Source of the DNA: Flavobacteriaceae bacterium
GTDB lineage: Bacteria; Bacteroidota; Bacteroidia; Flavobacteriales; Flavobacteriaceae
Direction: 5' to 3'
Length of the DNA stretch: 64,000 bases
Assembly: GCA_034005285.1 (NCBI GenBank)
Contig: JAVEUZ010000010.1
Coordinates: 619 to 64,618 of the forward strand
Shown here: positions 19,462 through 29,375 of the stretch, one piece after another
Position numbering within the stretch: the stretch's first letter is position 1
Layout of the letters: every line of letters begins with the position of its first letter
The notes under the pieces: generated by a model
What the model saw: only the letters and a program-made list of their open reading frames with translations
What the model was told of the DNA's origin: nothing
Database searches by the model: none
Position numbers and translations under genes: made by a program

Positions 19462-22400
19462 TTATTCGATTATTGTAATAGAACCTCTTTTTATGATTTC
19501 GTCATTTTCTGAAATAGTATAATATACCACAGGGTCTGTTTTAGACGGTTTATAAGTGTCGTTGGGCCAGTTATTTTGATAATTGCGACTTCTGAAAATT
19601 ACTTTTCCATTAGAATTATATATGATTATCTCTACGTTTTCTTTGTTTGTAAAAGTTTCTGGTACCGACCAAAAATCGTTTCTTCCGTCGTTGTTTAGCG
19701 TAACTACATTTGGAACCACAAGGCTGTTATTTTCAATTTTTGTAACAGTAATGGTTTTGATAATTTCACAGTTTCCGACAAACGCAATAAGCGTATAAAT
19801 TCCTTCTTCTGTTATCGTGATATTGTTGCCGTTGTTTATGTGTTGGTTTTCAAAATACCAATAATAACTCTCACCTCCACTAGCAAATATTGTTTTTGAA
19901 GAGCCTTCAAAAAGATTAATATGTTCCGGTTCGCTTAAACTAATGACAGATTCGTTCAGGTTATTTATTGTGATAGTGTTTGAGGTATAAGTACATCCGT
20001 CAAAATCAATTTCTACATAGTATTGCCCGGCAGTCGAAACCGTTATATTGTTTTGTGTGCCTATAACCGTGTTCTCCCCAATTCTATACCATTTTAATAT
20101 GTAATTTATATTTGAAAATTCGGTTGATAAAATTGCGGTATCGTTATTTTCACAAATTACTTCAGAGTCAGTTGTTATTACAAAATCATCAGAAACACCT
20201 AGATGAATTGAAACGATATTCGAAACTATTATATTAAACTCAGGGATAACGACACGCAATTCATACTCGCCGTTTTCTTCTCTTGAACTAATAAAATAGT
20301 CTGTTGATGTTGAAGAAATAATTAATACATTGTCTTTATACCATTGATATGTATAACCGTAATTATTGTTTAAAATAGAAACTTGTTCTGCTTGACTTTG
20401 AGCCATAAACGAAACAATCCTGAGTGTGGTTGATTGACTGTTACAGTTTTGATAGTTGCTGTCGGGAGCAATTACAACATTGAAACCTGTCGGATAAATT
20501 AAATTTACCACAACTTCTTGGGTAGCGGCACAATCCCCGGTTTGTGTTACGACGACTTTATAAGTTCCCGATTGTGTTGCGGTATATGACACTCCATTAG
20601 CTCCGGAAATAACTATATTATCTCTATACCATTGAAAAAAAGGCTGAATAGCATCGGTAGTAACAGTCAATATTTTTGATTCACCCGGTATGATTATATC
20701 AACTGACGCAACGTTAAGCGAAGCGGTAATGTTTGTTTCTTCAATATTTATAGCGTTAGAAGTTACACTACACGAAGCATGAGAAATCGACAAATGATAA
20801 TTACCGTTTTGGGTTACTTCAAGAGAAGGTTGGTTAACACCGGTTATGACAATGCCGTCTTTGTACCAGATATAAGTATATTCAGAATCGGTAACAGAAC
20901 TGTTCAACATCATAATTTCGCCTTCACAAAGGTTTCCAGATGCAGAGATATCAGGTGTTTCAATAGCAATAGACACAGTAAGATTGTTTGAAGCAATTGT
21001 TCCAAATCCCGGCAAAGTTATTTCAAGTTGATAGCTTCCGTTTTGCGAAGCATGATTAACCGTGTATGTTTCGCTTTGTGCACCATTTATATTTGCTCCG
21101 TTTCTTTTCCATTGCAAAGCATATAAACTGCTTATTCCCACATTAAATATTCCTTGTGAAGTATGTGCGGTAAAAGAATTGATAATTAAGTTTGCAGACG
21201 AACTGTTACAACTTTGATAATCGGAAGCAGCCTGAATTGTCAATGTAAAACTATCAGGATATGAAAGCGTAACAAAGTCTTCTAAAGTAATGTTGCAACC
21301 TGCTGTTTGTATAGCTTCTACTTTATAAACGCCATCTTGCGTAGCAGTATAAGAGGCTGATGTAGCTCCTGAAATTGCCACATTGTTTCGATACCATTGA
21401 TAAGTAGGTTGTGTTAAGCTCGTAGTGGTGTTTAAAACTTTTTGCTCACCGGGCAATATTATATCAACATCCGGATTAGTGATGTCAAGAGTTGCAGAAG
21501 GTCCTTCGATGTTTATATTATTGGAAGTAAGTGTACAGCTTCCGTAAGTAATAACCAAATGATAATTTCCGGTTTGATTGGTCGTGTACGAATTATTTAT
21601 GGCTCCCGAAATCACAGCATTGTTTCTATACCACTGATATGTATAACTGCTATCTGTCAAGTTGCTGTTAAAAGTGATATTGGTAGTGCTGTTGCAATAG
21701 CTTCCCGACTGTGTTATATTTAATGGTGTTGAAGAACCCAACGCAATAGTAATTGTGTTAGAAATTACCGGATTTGAAATTCCGGGCAATACAACTTGCA
21801 AATGATAATTCCCGTTTTGCGTTGCATCATAAGTGGTTTGTGTTGCTCCGCTTATTGGCTGATTGTTTCGATACCATTGATATGTATAACCGTAATTATT
21901 GTTTAATATGCTTATAGTATTTGCCCCGCTTATAGCATTAAAAACCGTAATATTTAGAGGTGCAATCGTGCTCATACATGATTGATAATCTCCGGTACTT
22001 CCGATTGCGAGGTGAAAATTATCCGGATATACAACATTTACTGAAACTTCCGCAGTTAGGTTACAATTCTGATTTTCTGTAACAACCAGCGTATAATTTC
22101 CGTTTTGTGTAATGGTGTATGAATCAGAGGTTGCTCCTGCTATGTTTACATTATTTCTTTTCCATTGATAAGACGGATTAACTGCATTTGTTATAGAATT
22201 TACAGTTAATGTCGTTCCCGGAATCAGTATTTCAGTCGCATTAACATCTAAATCTGCCTCTATGTCAATCAATTCCAAAAAGAAGTTGTTCGACTCAAAA
22301 GTACATCCGCCAACGCTGATAATAAGTTTATAAGTTCCTTCCAATGTTGCACTATAAGTTGATTGTGTTGCTCCGCTTATTGGCTGATTATTGCGATACC

Positions 22401-23199
22401 ATTGATAGTTATAATTACTGTTTTGATGTGATGATACCAATGTTTTTGAATAGCCACTACAAATGAAATCAGAGCCATCGCTTGTGTTAATAGTCAAATC
22501 TATTCCGGAAACCATATCAACGGTTACAATATTGGAATATGAATTCATCACACACGAGCCGTAATCTACAATAACATAATAATTTCCACTTTGGGTGATA
22601 GGCAAATTTGGACCGGTTTGTCCGGGTATTTCAGAAAAATTTCTAAACCATTTATAGGTTAATTCCGGGTAATAAAGCGGTGAAGAAGGTGTGCCGTTAT
22701 TGTCAATTTGTAATGAAAAACTCGAACCTTCGCAGACCATAAGGCTTCCTGCATTATTATTTATAGAAAAGGGCTGATTGTGAGTAGCATAATAAGCTGC
22801 AAAAGGACTACTTACCGGACTTGTTACAGCGGGAGCGGTACTTCTTACTCGTATTCTGTAATTTTCTCCAGCGGTATTTGTTGGTAACGAAAATGAAACG
22901 TTTGCTGGTGAAGTTGTAGTAGTTGAAGTGCCGACTGTTACAGGAGCATCAAAATTTCCTGAGGCATTCGATAATTCTATGATAAACTGATTTCCTGCTT
23001 GTACGTTTGATGCAGGATAAAAAGTAAAACTGATATTGTATGTGTTAAATCCGGAAGAAGCACAAGCTTGAGAAAAATTAAGCGTAGGCGTGCCAAAAAC
23101 GATTGTTTGGGACATAACAAGCGTAGAGTTGTAGAAAAACATCCACAACAACAAAAAACCGAACAGTTTTTTTGGGGTAATGCTCATTACCATACGCAA
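19462..23199 (-). CDS. sprC: SprC-like T9SS type B cargo with 12 Ig-like YQW repeats (start may be ATG 23193 or 23187)
   Basis: Signal peptide, repeated YQWYRNN..ISGAT units, type-B CTD VPNVVTLNNDGRNDFW. First gene of the sprCDBF-like operon, abutting sprD. Confidence 0.78.
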   Translation of the reverse strand: MRMVMSITPKKLFGFLLLWMFFYNSTLVMSQTIVFGTPTLNFSQACASSGFNTYNISFTFYPASNVQAGNQFIIELSNASGNFDAPVTVGTSTTTTSPANVSFSLPTNTAGENYRIRVRSTAPAVTSPVSSPFAAYYATHNQPFSINNNAGSLMVCEGSSFSLQIDNNGTPSSPLYYPELTYKWFRNFSEIPGQTGPNLPITQSGNYYVIVDYGSCVMNSYSNIVTVDMVSGIDLTINTSDGSDFICSGYSKTLVSSHQNSNYNYQWYRNNQPISGATQSTYSATLEGTYKLIISVGGCTFESNNFFLELIDIEADLDVNATEILIPGTTLTVNSITNAVNPSYQWKRNNVNIAGATSDSYTITQNGNYTLVVTENQNCNLTAEVSVNVVYPDNFHLAIGSTGDYQSCMSTIAPLNITVFNAISGANTISILNNNYGYTYQWYRNNQPISGATQTTYDATQNGNYHLQVVLPGISNPVISNTITIALGSSTPLNITQSGSYCNSTTNITFNSNLTDSSYTYQWYRNNAVISGAINNSYTTNQTGNYHLVITYGSCTLTSNNINIEGPSATLDITNPDVDIILPGEQKVLNTTTSLTQPTYQWYRNNVAISGATSASYTATQDGVYKVEAIQTAGCNITLEDFVTLSYPDSFTLTIQAASDYQSCNSSSANLIINSFTAHTSQGIFNVGISSLYALQWKRNGANINGAQSETYTVNHASQNGSYQLEITLPGFGTIASNNLTVSIAIETPDISASGNLCEGEIMMLNSSVTDSEYTYIWYKDGIVITGVNQPSLEVTQNGNYHLSISHASCSVTSNAINIEETNITASLNVASVDIIIPGESKILTVTTDAIQPFFQWYRDNIVISGANGVSYTATQSGTYKVVVTQTGDCAATQEVVVNLIYPTGFNVVIAPDSNYQNCNSQSTTLRIVSFMAQSQAEQVSILNNNYGYTYQWYKDNVLIISSTSTDYFISSREENGEYELRVVIPEFNIIVSNIVSIHLGVSDDFVITTDSEVICENNDTAILSTEFSNINYILKWYRIGENTVIGTQNNITVSTAGQYYVEIDFDGCTYTSNTITINNLNESVISLSEPEHINLFEGSSKTIFASGGESYYWYFENQHINNGNNITITEEGIYTLIAFVGNCEIIKTITVTKIENNSLVVPNVVTLNNDGRNDFWSVPETFTNKENVEIIIYNSNGKVIFRSRNYQNNWPNDTYKPSKTDPVVYYTISENDEIIKRGSITIIE

Positions 23200-23491
23200 C
23201 CGTATTGGCCGGTGCTTTTTACCCCCAAAAGCTTTTCCGGTATAATTAGAAACTCAGTTAGCTACTACACTTTTTTACCGCAATTTTTTCCCTGTTTTAC
23301 GGTTTTTCATGAATTTCTATTTCTAAAATTAGGAGTTTAAATCATTAATAAATGAACTTTAACAATAAAATCGATGAACGGAAACCAATATTGAGGAAAA
23401 CCGTAATGGGTTGTAATTAAAACCGTAATCAGTTGTGCAGTTCATCGATTATTAGGATAAAAATGATTATTTACACTCAGAGAATTTTGTG

Positions 23492-23499
23492 TATTTTTG
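23492..23499 (+). promoter_or_regulatory. -7 promoter box for glnS
   Basis: TATTTTTG 17 bp upstream of ATG 23517; supports 23517 rather than 23433 as the start. Confidence 0.6.
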
Positions 23500-23516
23500 T
23501 CATTCAATTTTATAGT

Positions 23517-25199
23517 ATGTCTGAGGAAAAATCACTCAATTTTATTGAGCAAATAATCGAAGAAGATTTAATAAACGGATTCCCAAAAGAAAAATTAAAA
23601 TTCCGTTTTCCACCGGAACCTAATGGCTATTTACATATTGGCCATGCCAGTTCTATTTGTTTAAACTTTGGGTTGGGAATTGACTACAATTCACCGGTAA
23701 ACCTGCGTTTTGATGACACAAATCCGGCAAAGGAAGAACAAGAATATGTAGATGCTATCAAAGCAGATGTACAGTGGCTTGGCTTTAACTGGGCAGAAGA
23801 ACGTTATGCGTCAGATTATTTTCAGCAGTTGTACGATTGGGCGGTTGAATTTATTAATAAAGGATTAGCCTATGTTGACAGTCAGTCTTCCGATGCAATG
23901 GCCCAGCAAAAAGGCACTCCCACACAACCAGGAACCAACAGCCCGTACAGAAATCGTTCTGTTGAAGAAAATATGAAATTGTTTGAAGGCATGAAAAACG
24001 GCGAATTTCCCGAAGGAACACACGTGTTGCGTGCTAAAATAGACATGGCTTCGCCCAATATGTTGATGCGTGACCCGATTATGTACAGAATCCTGCATAA
24101 ACAACATCACAGAACCGGAGATAAATGGTGCATTTACCCGATGTATGACTGGGCTCATGGCGAAAGCGACTATATAGAAGGGATTTCGCACTCTCTTTGT
24201 ACACTAGAATTTCTACCGCACCGTGAGCTGTATGACTGGTTTTTGAATCAAATTTATGATTCGTCTAAAGTAAGACCAAAGCAGCGTGAATTTGCCCGGA
24301 GGAATTTATCACATACGGTTGTGAGTAAAAGAAAATTATTGCAATTAGTCGAAGAGAAACATGTTTCTGGTTGGGACGACCCACGAATGAGTACAATTTC
24401 AGGAATGAGAAGAAGAGGTTATACACCTACTTCTATCCGAAATTTTGCCAAAACAATCGGAATTGCCAAACGAACCAATTTGATAGATGTTTCTCTTTTA
24501 GAATTTTGTGTTCGAGAAGATTTGAACAAAATTGCCCCTCGTGTCATGGCTGTTCTCGACCCGGTAAAATTGGTAATTACCAATTATCCCAAAGGTCAGG
24601 AAGAATGGTTAGATGCCGAAAATAACCCCGAAGAAGAAGCAATGACCTTTCGGAAAGTTCCCTTTTCTAGAGAGTTATATATTGAACGTGAAGACTTTAT
24701 GGAAAATGCAAACAGTAAATATTTCCGTTTGACTATTGGCAAAGAAGTTCGTTTAAAAAATGCTTATATCATCAAAGGTGAAAGCGTTGTAAAAGATGAA
24801 AACGGAAATATTACCGAAATTCATGCGACTTACGACCCTGATTCTAAATCAGGTAGCGGAACAGAAGCTAGTATGCGTAAGGTAAAAGGAACCATTCATT
24901 GGGTTTCTGTGCCGCATGCAATTGAGGCAGAAGTAAGAATTTATGACCGTTTATTTACACACGAAAACCCTGATGGAGATAAAGATATAGATTTTAAAAC
25001 ATACATAAATCCCGACTCTTTGAAAATAGTAACCGGTTTTATGGAACCAAGTTTAAAAGACGCACAAATTGGAACAGGATACCAGTTTCAACGTCTTGGA
25101 TATTTTTCGGTTGATAGAGATTCTACTTCAGAAAAATTAATTTTTAACAAAACAGTAGGTTTAAGAGATACTTGGGCAAAAGTTGAAAGTAAGGGTTAA
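23517..25199 (+). CDS. glnS: Glutamine--tRNA ligase
   Basis: [15 protein letters not shown] (HIGH), [20 protein letters not shown] and FQRLGYF motifs. Confidence 0.96.
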   Translation: MSEEKSLNFIEQIIEEDLINGFPKEKLKFRFPPEPNGYLHIGHASSICLNFGLGIDYNSPVNLRFDDTNPAKEEQEYVDAIKADVQWLGFNWAEERYASDYFQQLYDWAVEFINKGLAYVDSQSSDAMAQQKGTPTQPGTNSPYRNRSVEENMKLFEGMKNGEFPEGTHVLRAKIDMASPNMLMRDPIMYRILHKQHHRTGDKWCIYPMYDWAHGESDYIEGISHSLCTLEFLPHRELYDWFLNQIYDSSKVRPKQREFARRNLSHTVVSKRKLLQLVEEKHVSGWDDPRMSTISGMRRRGYTPTSIRNFAKTIGIAKRTNLIDVSLLEFCVREDLNKIAPRVMAVLDPVKLVITNYPKGQEEWLDAENNPEEEAMTFRKVPFSRELYIEREDFMENANSKYFRLTIGKEVRLKNAYIIKGESVVKDENGNITEIHATYDPDSKSGSGTEASMRKVKGTIHWVSVPHAIEAEVRIYDRLFTHENPDGDKDIDFKTYINPDSLKIVTGFMEPSLKDAQIGTGYQFQRLGYFSVDRDSTSEKLIFNKTVGLRDTWAKVESKG

Positions 25200-25216
25200 A
25201 TCATAAATTTTATTTA

Positions 25217-25247
25217 TTAAAAAACTCGCCAATAGGCGAGTTTTTAA
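25217..25247 (+). terminator. Intrinsic terminator after glnS
   Basis: AAAAACTCGCC-AATA-GGCGAGTTTTT hairpin. Confidence 0.8.
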
Positions 25248-25404
25248 TTATTACAAATACATATTGATTTTTAAAATACAATAGTTTTTATTTATTAAAA
25301 TCAACCTCCATAAATTGGTTTAATTTAATGAAAAAAATTTCCCAATGAGTTTGGATGTTTCAATATTCAAAATAGGCTTAAATCGCTTTATTTTGAGTTT
25401 TTAC

Positions 25405-25437
25405 ATTTAAAAAGTGGCTTTATGCCACTTTTTAAAT
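25405..25437 (-). terminator. Intrinsic terminator after the SPFH gene
   Basis: Perfect 14-bp arms ATTTAAAAAGTGGC / GCCACTTTTTAAAT immediately after the stop at 25438. Confidence 0.8.
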
Positions 25438-26403
25438 TTATTCTTCTGAAAAATCTTCAAAACGATTATCTTCTTTTTTGGGTTCATTTTTTTTCTGATT
25501 TTTCCCGACTCGTTTCATCGCCTCACCAACTTGGTTACTTGCCGTAAAACTTGCTACCATATTATTCAACATATCACTACCTGCTTGTGGTGAGTTTGGC
25601 AATAATATTAAGTTAGAGTTTGCATCGGCACCAATGGCTTGCAAAGTATCATAATGTTGTGTAACAACAATCAGAGCCGAAGCCTCTTGAGAATTGATTC
25701 CCACATCATTCAATACTTCAACACTTTCTACCAATCCACGGGCAATTTCTCTTCTTTGGTCGGCAATACCTTGACCCTGAAGTCTTTTACTTTCTGCTTC
25801 TGCCTTGGCTTTGGCAACAATTCTAATACGTTGAGCTTCAGCTTCATACTCAGCAGCGGTTTTTTCACGGTCGGCAGCATTGATTCGGTTCATCGCATTT
25901 TTTACTTGAATATCCGGATCAATATCGGTAATCAAAGTGTTGATGATGTCATAACCATAAGTGGTCATCGCATCGTTTAATTCTTTCTTTACGGCTACCG
26001 CAACATCATCTTTTCTTTCAAATACGTCATCTAATTTCATCTTAGGAACTTCTGCCCTAACCACATCAAAAATGTATGAAGTTATCTGGTCATGCGGATA
26101 TTCTAATTTATAAAACGCTTCGTAAACTCTGTCCTGAATTACTTTGAACTGAACAGAAACCTTTAATTTTACAAATACATTGTCTTTTGTTTTGGTTTCT
26201 ATGATAACATCCAATTGCTGTACTCTCAGATTTACGCGTCCGGCAATTCTGTCAATAACCGGAATTTTTAGTTGTAACCCGGAATGTCTGATACTGTTAA
26301 ATTTTCCGAAACGTTCTACAACGGCAGAGGTTTGTTGTTTTACGGTAAAAAAGGATGCTAATAAGATAAAAAGGGCAAATACAATAATTAAGTAACCGAA
26401 CAT
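25438..26403 (-). CDS. SPFH/band 7/PHB domain protein
   Basis: N-terminal TM helix, VVERFGKF, TKTKDNVFV, alanine-rich coiled coil and TLITDIDPD. Confidence 0.92.
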   Translation of the reverse strand: MFGYLIIVFALFILLASFFTVKQQTSAVVERFGKFNSIRHSGLQLKIPVIDRIAGRVNLRVQQLDVIIETKTKDNVFVKLKVSVQFKVIQDRVYEAFYKLEYPHDQITSYIFDVVRAEVPKMKLDDVFERKDDVAVAVKKELNDAMTTYGYDIINTLITDIDPDIQVKNAMNRINAADREKTAAEYEAEAQRIRIVAKAKAEAESKRLQGQGIADQRREIARGLVESVEVLNDVGINSQEASALIVVTQHYDTLQAIGADANSNLILLPNSPQAGSDMLNNMVASFTASNQVGEAMKRVGKNQKKNEPKKEDNRFEDFSEE

Positions 26404-26479
26404 ATAAAAATAGTTTAAAAGTTAGTGTGTAATGATACGAAAAATCCCTTAGGTTTGTTACAGTTTTAAAGATAAATAA

Positions 26480-27133
26480 ATGAAAAGAATTCTTTTGGGG
26501 TTGTTTTTTATAACCCACGGGCTTTTTGCCCAATTTGGAAGTGGAAATTATAATCATATAGGCATTACTGTCGGAGCGACACATACGTCTTTATTTACTG
26601 ACCAGTTGAATACAAAACCCGAAATGAGTTGGATTGCGGGCTTATCTGTCAGAGGCAATTATTATAACAATTTTGCCATGGTTTATGGCATGCACTTTAC
26701 CGAAAGCAGTTTTTCTGTAGAAACATACAACGGATTAGTAAAAGAAGATGTGGCTGTAAAAGCCATGTCGGGACAGGTTTATTTGTTGTTGAGCTATAAA
26801 ATTGCGGGTAGTTTTGTAACACTCGATTTTGGCCCGGCTTTGCAATTTAACGGAAAGCTATCTTATGACAAATCAAAAGAAAATCATCAGGTTTTGGTTA
26901 ATCAGGATTTGTTGCGGTTAAAGAATATAGAAAAAGTATCCACGTTTAACGGATTGGCTCACGCCGGACTCACCGCCGGATTCGAAAATATCCGTTTGAA
27001 TGTGAGTTATCAATATGGTTTTACTAACTTTTTGGGAGCAGTTAACGACCAAAAAGAAGTAAAAGATTTGAATATAGACAAGCTCAAAGGCAACACCGGA
27101 ACGATTATCGGTGCTGTGATATTTTACTTTTAA
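26480..27133 (+). CDS. Outer-membrane beta-barrel (porin/PorT-like family) protein
   Basis: Signal peptide, alternating amphipathic strands, C-terminal aromatic VIFYF. Confidence 0.65.
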   Translation: MKRILLGLFFITHGLFAQFGSGNYNHIGITVGATHTSLFTDQLNTKPEMSWIAGLSVRGNYYNNFAMVYGMHFTESSFSVETYNGLVKEDVAVKAMSGQVYLLLSYKIAGSFVTLDFGPALQFNGKLSYDKSKENHQVLVNQDLLRLKNIEKVSTFNGLAHAGLTAGFENIRLNVSYQYGFTNFLGAVNDQKEVKDLNIDKLKGNTGTIIGAVIFYF

Positions 27134-27139
27134 TCATAA

Positions 27140-27165
27140 AAAAATCCCGAGAAATCGGGATTTTT
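27140..27165. terminator. Bidirectional terminator between the beta-barrel gene and gltX
   Basis: AAAAATCCCGA-GAAA-TCGGGATTTTT. Confidence 0.82.
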
Positions 27166-27169
27166 CTTT

Positions 27170-28693
27170 TTATAAATTTGTGATTGCTTTCTCAATCCGT
27201 TTTATCGTTTCTTCTTTGCCAAGCAGTTCGGCAATATCAAATAAATGCGAACCTTTTAAAGCTCCCACAAGGCTTAATCTGAATGGCTGCATTACTTTCC
27301 CCATGCCTATTTCGTTCCGCGTAAGCCATTCTTTTACAATGGTTTCGATATTTTGAGAAGTAAAATCTTCAATGTTTTCCAAAACAGAAATAAGCTGTTT
27401 CATCAAACCAGGTGTTTCTTCTTTCCAGTTTTTGGCAGCTTTTTCGTCATAAGATGCCGGAGCTACAAAAAAGTAGTCTGAAAGTTCCCAAAAGTCGGTT
27501 ACAAAATTTGCCCGTTCTTTTATCAACGAAACGATTTTTGTCATGAACACTTTGTTTGTCATTTCGACGAAGGAGAAATCTTTTTCCTGTAAATCGTTAA
27601 CAAATAATTCTGCCAGTAACTCATTACTTTGCTTTTGCAAATACTGATGATTAAACCATTTATTCTTCTCCGGGTCAAATTTTGCCCCGGCTTTGTGTAC
27701 ACGGTTTAAATCGAATTTTTCAATCAATTCTTGCAGCGAAAAAATTTCCTGTTCTGTGCCGTCATTCCAGCCTAATAAAGCCAGAAAATTTACGACCGCT
27801 TCAGGGAAAAATCCTTTTTCTCGGTAACCGGATGATATTTCGCCCGAAATCGGGTCTTTCCATTCCAGAGGAAAAACCGGAAATCCCATTTTATCACCGT
27901 CACGTTTGGAAAGTTTTCCGTTTCCTACGGGCTTTAAAATTAAAGGTAAATGGGCAAATTCTGGTGCTTCCCAGCCAAACGCTTTGTATAACAAATGGTG
28001 CAGAGGCAAACTCGGTAGCCATTCTTCGCCACGAATCACGTGCGAAGTTTCCATTAAATGGTCATCGACAATATTGGCAAGATGATAAGTAGGCATGCCG
28101 TCACTTTTAAACAATACTTTATCATCGAGTAAATTGGTTTCAAATTTCAAATCGCCGCGAATCATGTCGTGCAATTCTAAAGTTTCGTTTACAGGCGTTT
28201 TAAAACGGATAACATACGCTTCGCCGCTGTCGATTCTTTTTTGGACTTCTTCTTTTGAAATGACCAAAGAAGTATCCAGTTTCTCGCGGTTATGCCAGTT
28301 ATAAATAAAGGTTTTGCCTTCGGCTTCGTGCTGTTTTCTGTGTGCGTCCAATGCTTCGGCAGAGTCAAAAGCATAGTAAGCCCAGCCGTTTTCAATGAGT
28401 TGGTCGGCATATTGCTTGTACAGATGTTTTCTTTCGCTTTGACGGTATGAGCTAAATTTTTCGTTGTGATTTACCGTTTCATCAGGAAAAATATGCAGCC
28501 ATTTCAATGCTTCAAAAATATATTCTTCCGCACCGGGAACAAACCTGTTCCGGTCGGTATCTTCAATTCTCAGGTAAAAAGTACCACCGTGTTTTTTGGC
28601 AAACAGATAATTAAACAAAGCTGTCCTCACGCCGCCTATGTGAAGCGGGCCCGTGGGACTTGGTGCAAAACGAACTCTTACGGGTTTTGACAT
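27170..28693 (-). CDS. gltX: Glutamate--tRNA ligase
   Basis: VRVRFAPSPTGPLHIGG, LRIEDTD, YHLANIVDDH, RGEEWL and KLSKR motifs. -7 box (CAAAGATA on +) at 28713-28720. Confidence 0.96.
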   Translation of the reverse strand: MSKPVRVRFAPSPTGPLHIGGVRTALFNYLFAKKHGGTFYLRIEDTDRNRFVPGAEEYIFEALKWLHIFPDETVNHNEKFSSYRQSERKHLYKQYADQLIENGWAYYAFDSAEALDAHRKQHEAEGKTFIYNWHNREKLDTSLVISKEEVQKRIDSGEAYVIRFKTPVNETLELHDMIRGDLKFETNLLDDKVLFKSDGMPTYHLANIVDDHLMETSHVIRGEEWLPSLPLHHLLYKAFGWEAPEFAHLPLILKPVGNGKLSKRDGDKMGFPVFPLEWKDPISGEISSGYREKGFFPEAVVNFLALLGWNDGTEQEIFSLQELIEKFDLNRVHKAGAKFDPEKNKWFNHQYLQKQSNELLAELFVNDLQEKDFSFVEMTNKVFMTKIVSLIKERANFVTDFWELSDYFFVAPASYDEKAAKNWKEETPGLMKQLISVLENIEDFTSQNIETIVKEWLTRNEIGMGKVMQPFRLSLVGALKGSHLFDIAELLGKEETIKRIEKAITNL

Positions 28694-28847
28694 AATTCAA
28701 AATTTTTTTTGGCAAAGATACAACATCAATCTTATTTTGGTTTGTATTCCTGGTGGTATAGCCGGAAATCTTAGTTATCAAATTTTTAACTTTTACTAAC
28801 TCTAAAATGTGTACTTTTATCGGTTATAATGGGATGTTTGTGTTTTT

Positions 28848-29375
28848 ATGAAAGTAATTTTAGAAACAGAAAGACTTTTGCTAAGGGAATTACATCCGTT
28901 TGATGCAAAGAATTTTTATGAATTAAACCTTAATCCGGATGTTATAAAATATACAGGGGATAAGGTTTTTGGAAGTGTTGAGGAATCTGAATATTTTTTA
29001 AAGAATTATAAAGATTACAAAATTAACGGATACGGACGCTGGGCTGTAATCGAAAAGAAATCGGATGAATTTTTAGGCTGGTGTGGTTTGAAATATCATA
29101 ACGATTCTGATGAAATCGATATTGGTTTTCGGTTTTTTGAGAAATATTGGAACAACGGTTTTGCAACCGAAAGTGCAAAGGCTTGTATTGTTTACGGATT
29201 TAAAAATTTACAGCTTGAATCTATAATAGGAAGAGCAATGAAAGAAAATACGGCTTCCGTAAAAGTGCTTGAAAAAATAGGATTGGAGTTTGAAAAAGAA
29301 TTTGATTTTGAAAATAAAGAAGGAGTGATTTATAGAATTAGAAAAGATGAACAAGATAAATCTGATATATCATAA
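28848..29375 (+). CDS. GNAT family N-acetyltransferase (RimJ/RimL-like)
   Basis: ILETERLLLRE, DIGFRF..YWNNGFATE and NTASVKVLEKIGL motifs. Confidence 0.9.
   Translation: MKVILETERLLLRELHPFDAKNFYELNLNPDVIKYTGDKVFGSVEESEYFLKNYKDYKINGYGRWAVIEKKSDEFLGWCGLKYHNDSDEIDIGFRFFEKYWNNGFATESAKACIVYGFKNLQLESIIGRAMKENTASVKVLEKIGLEFEKEFDFENKEGVIYRIRKDEQDKSDIS

Noticed and set aside
7356-21723. Many 60-110 aa plus-strand ORFs opposite sprB, sprD and sprC
   Set aside because: Shadow ORFs from the codon bias of the long minus-strand genes; no motifs or expression signals.
23068-23516. ORF 23068-23340 and the 28-aa N-terminal extension of glnS
   Set aside because: The first overlaps the sprC start and promoter. 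The second runs through the glnS -7 box, and homology begins at [11 protein letters not shown].
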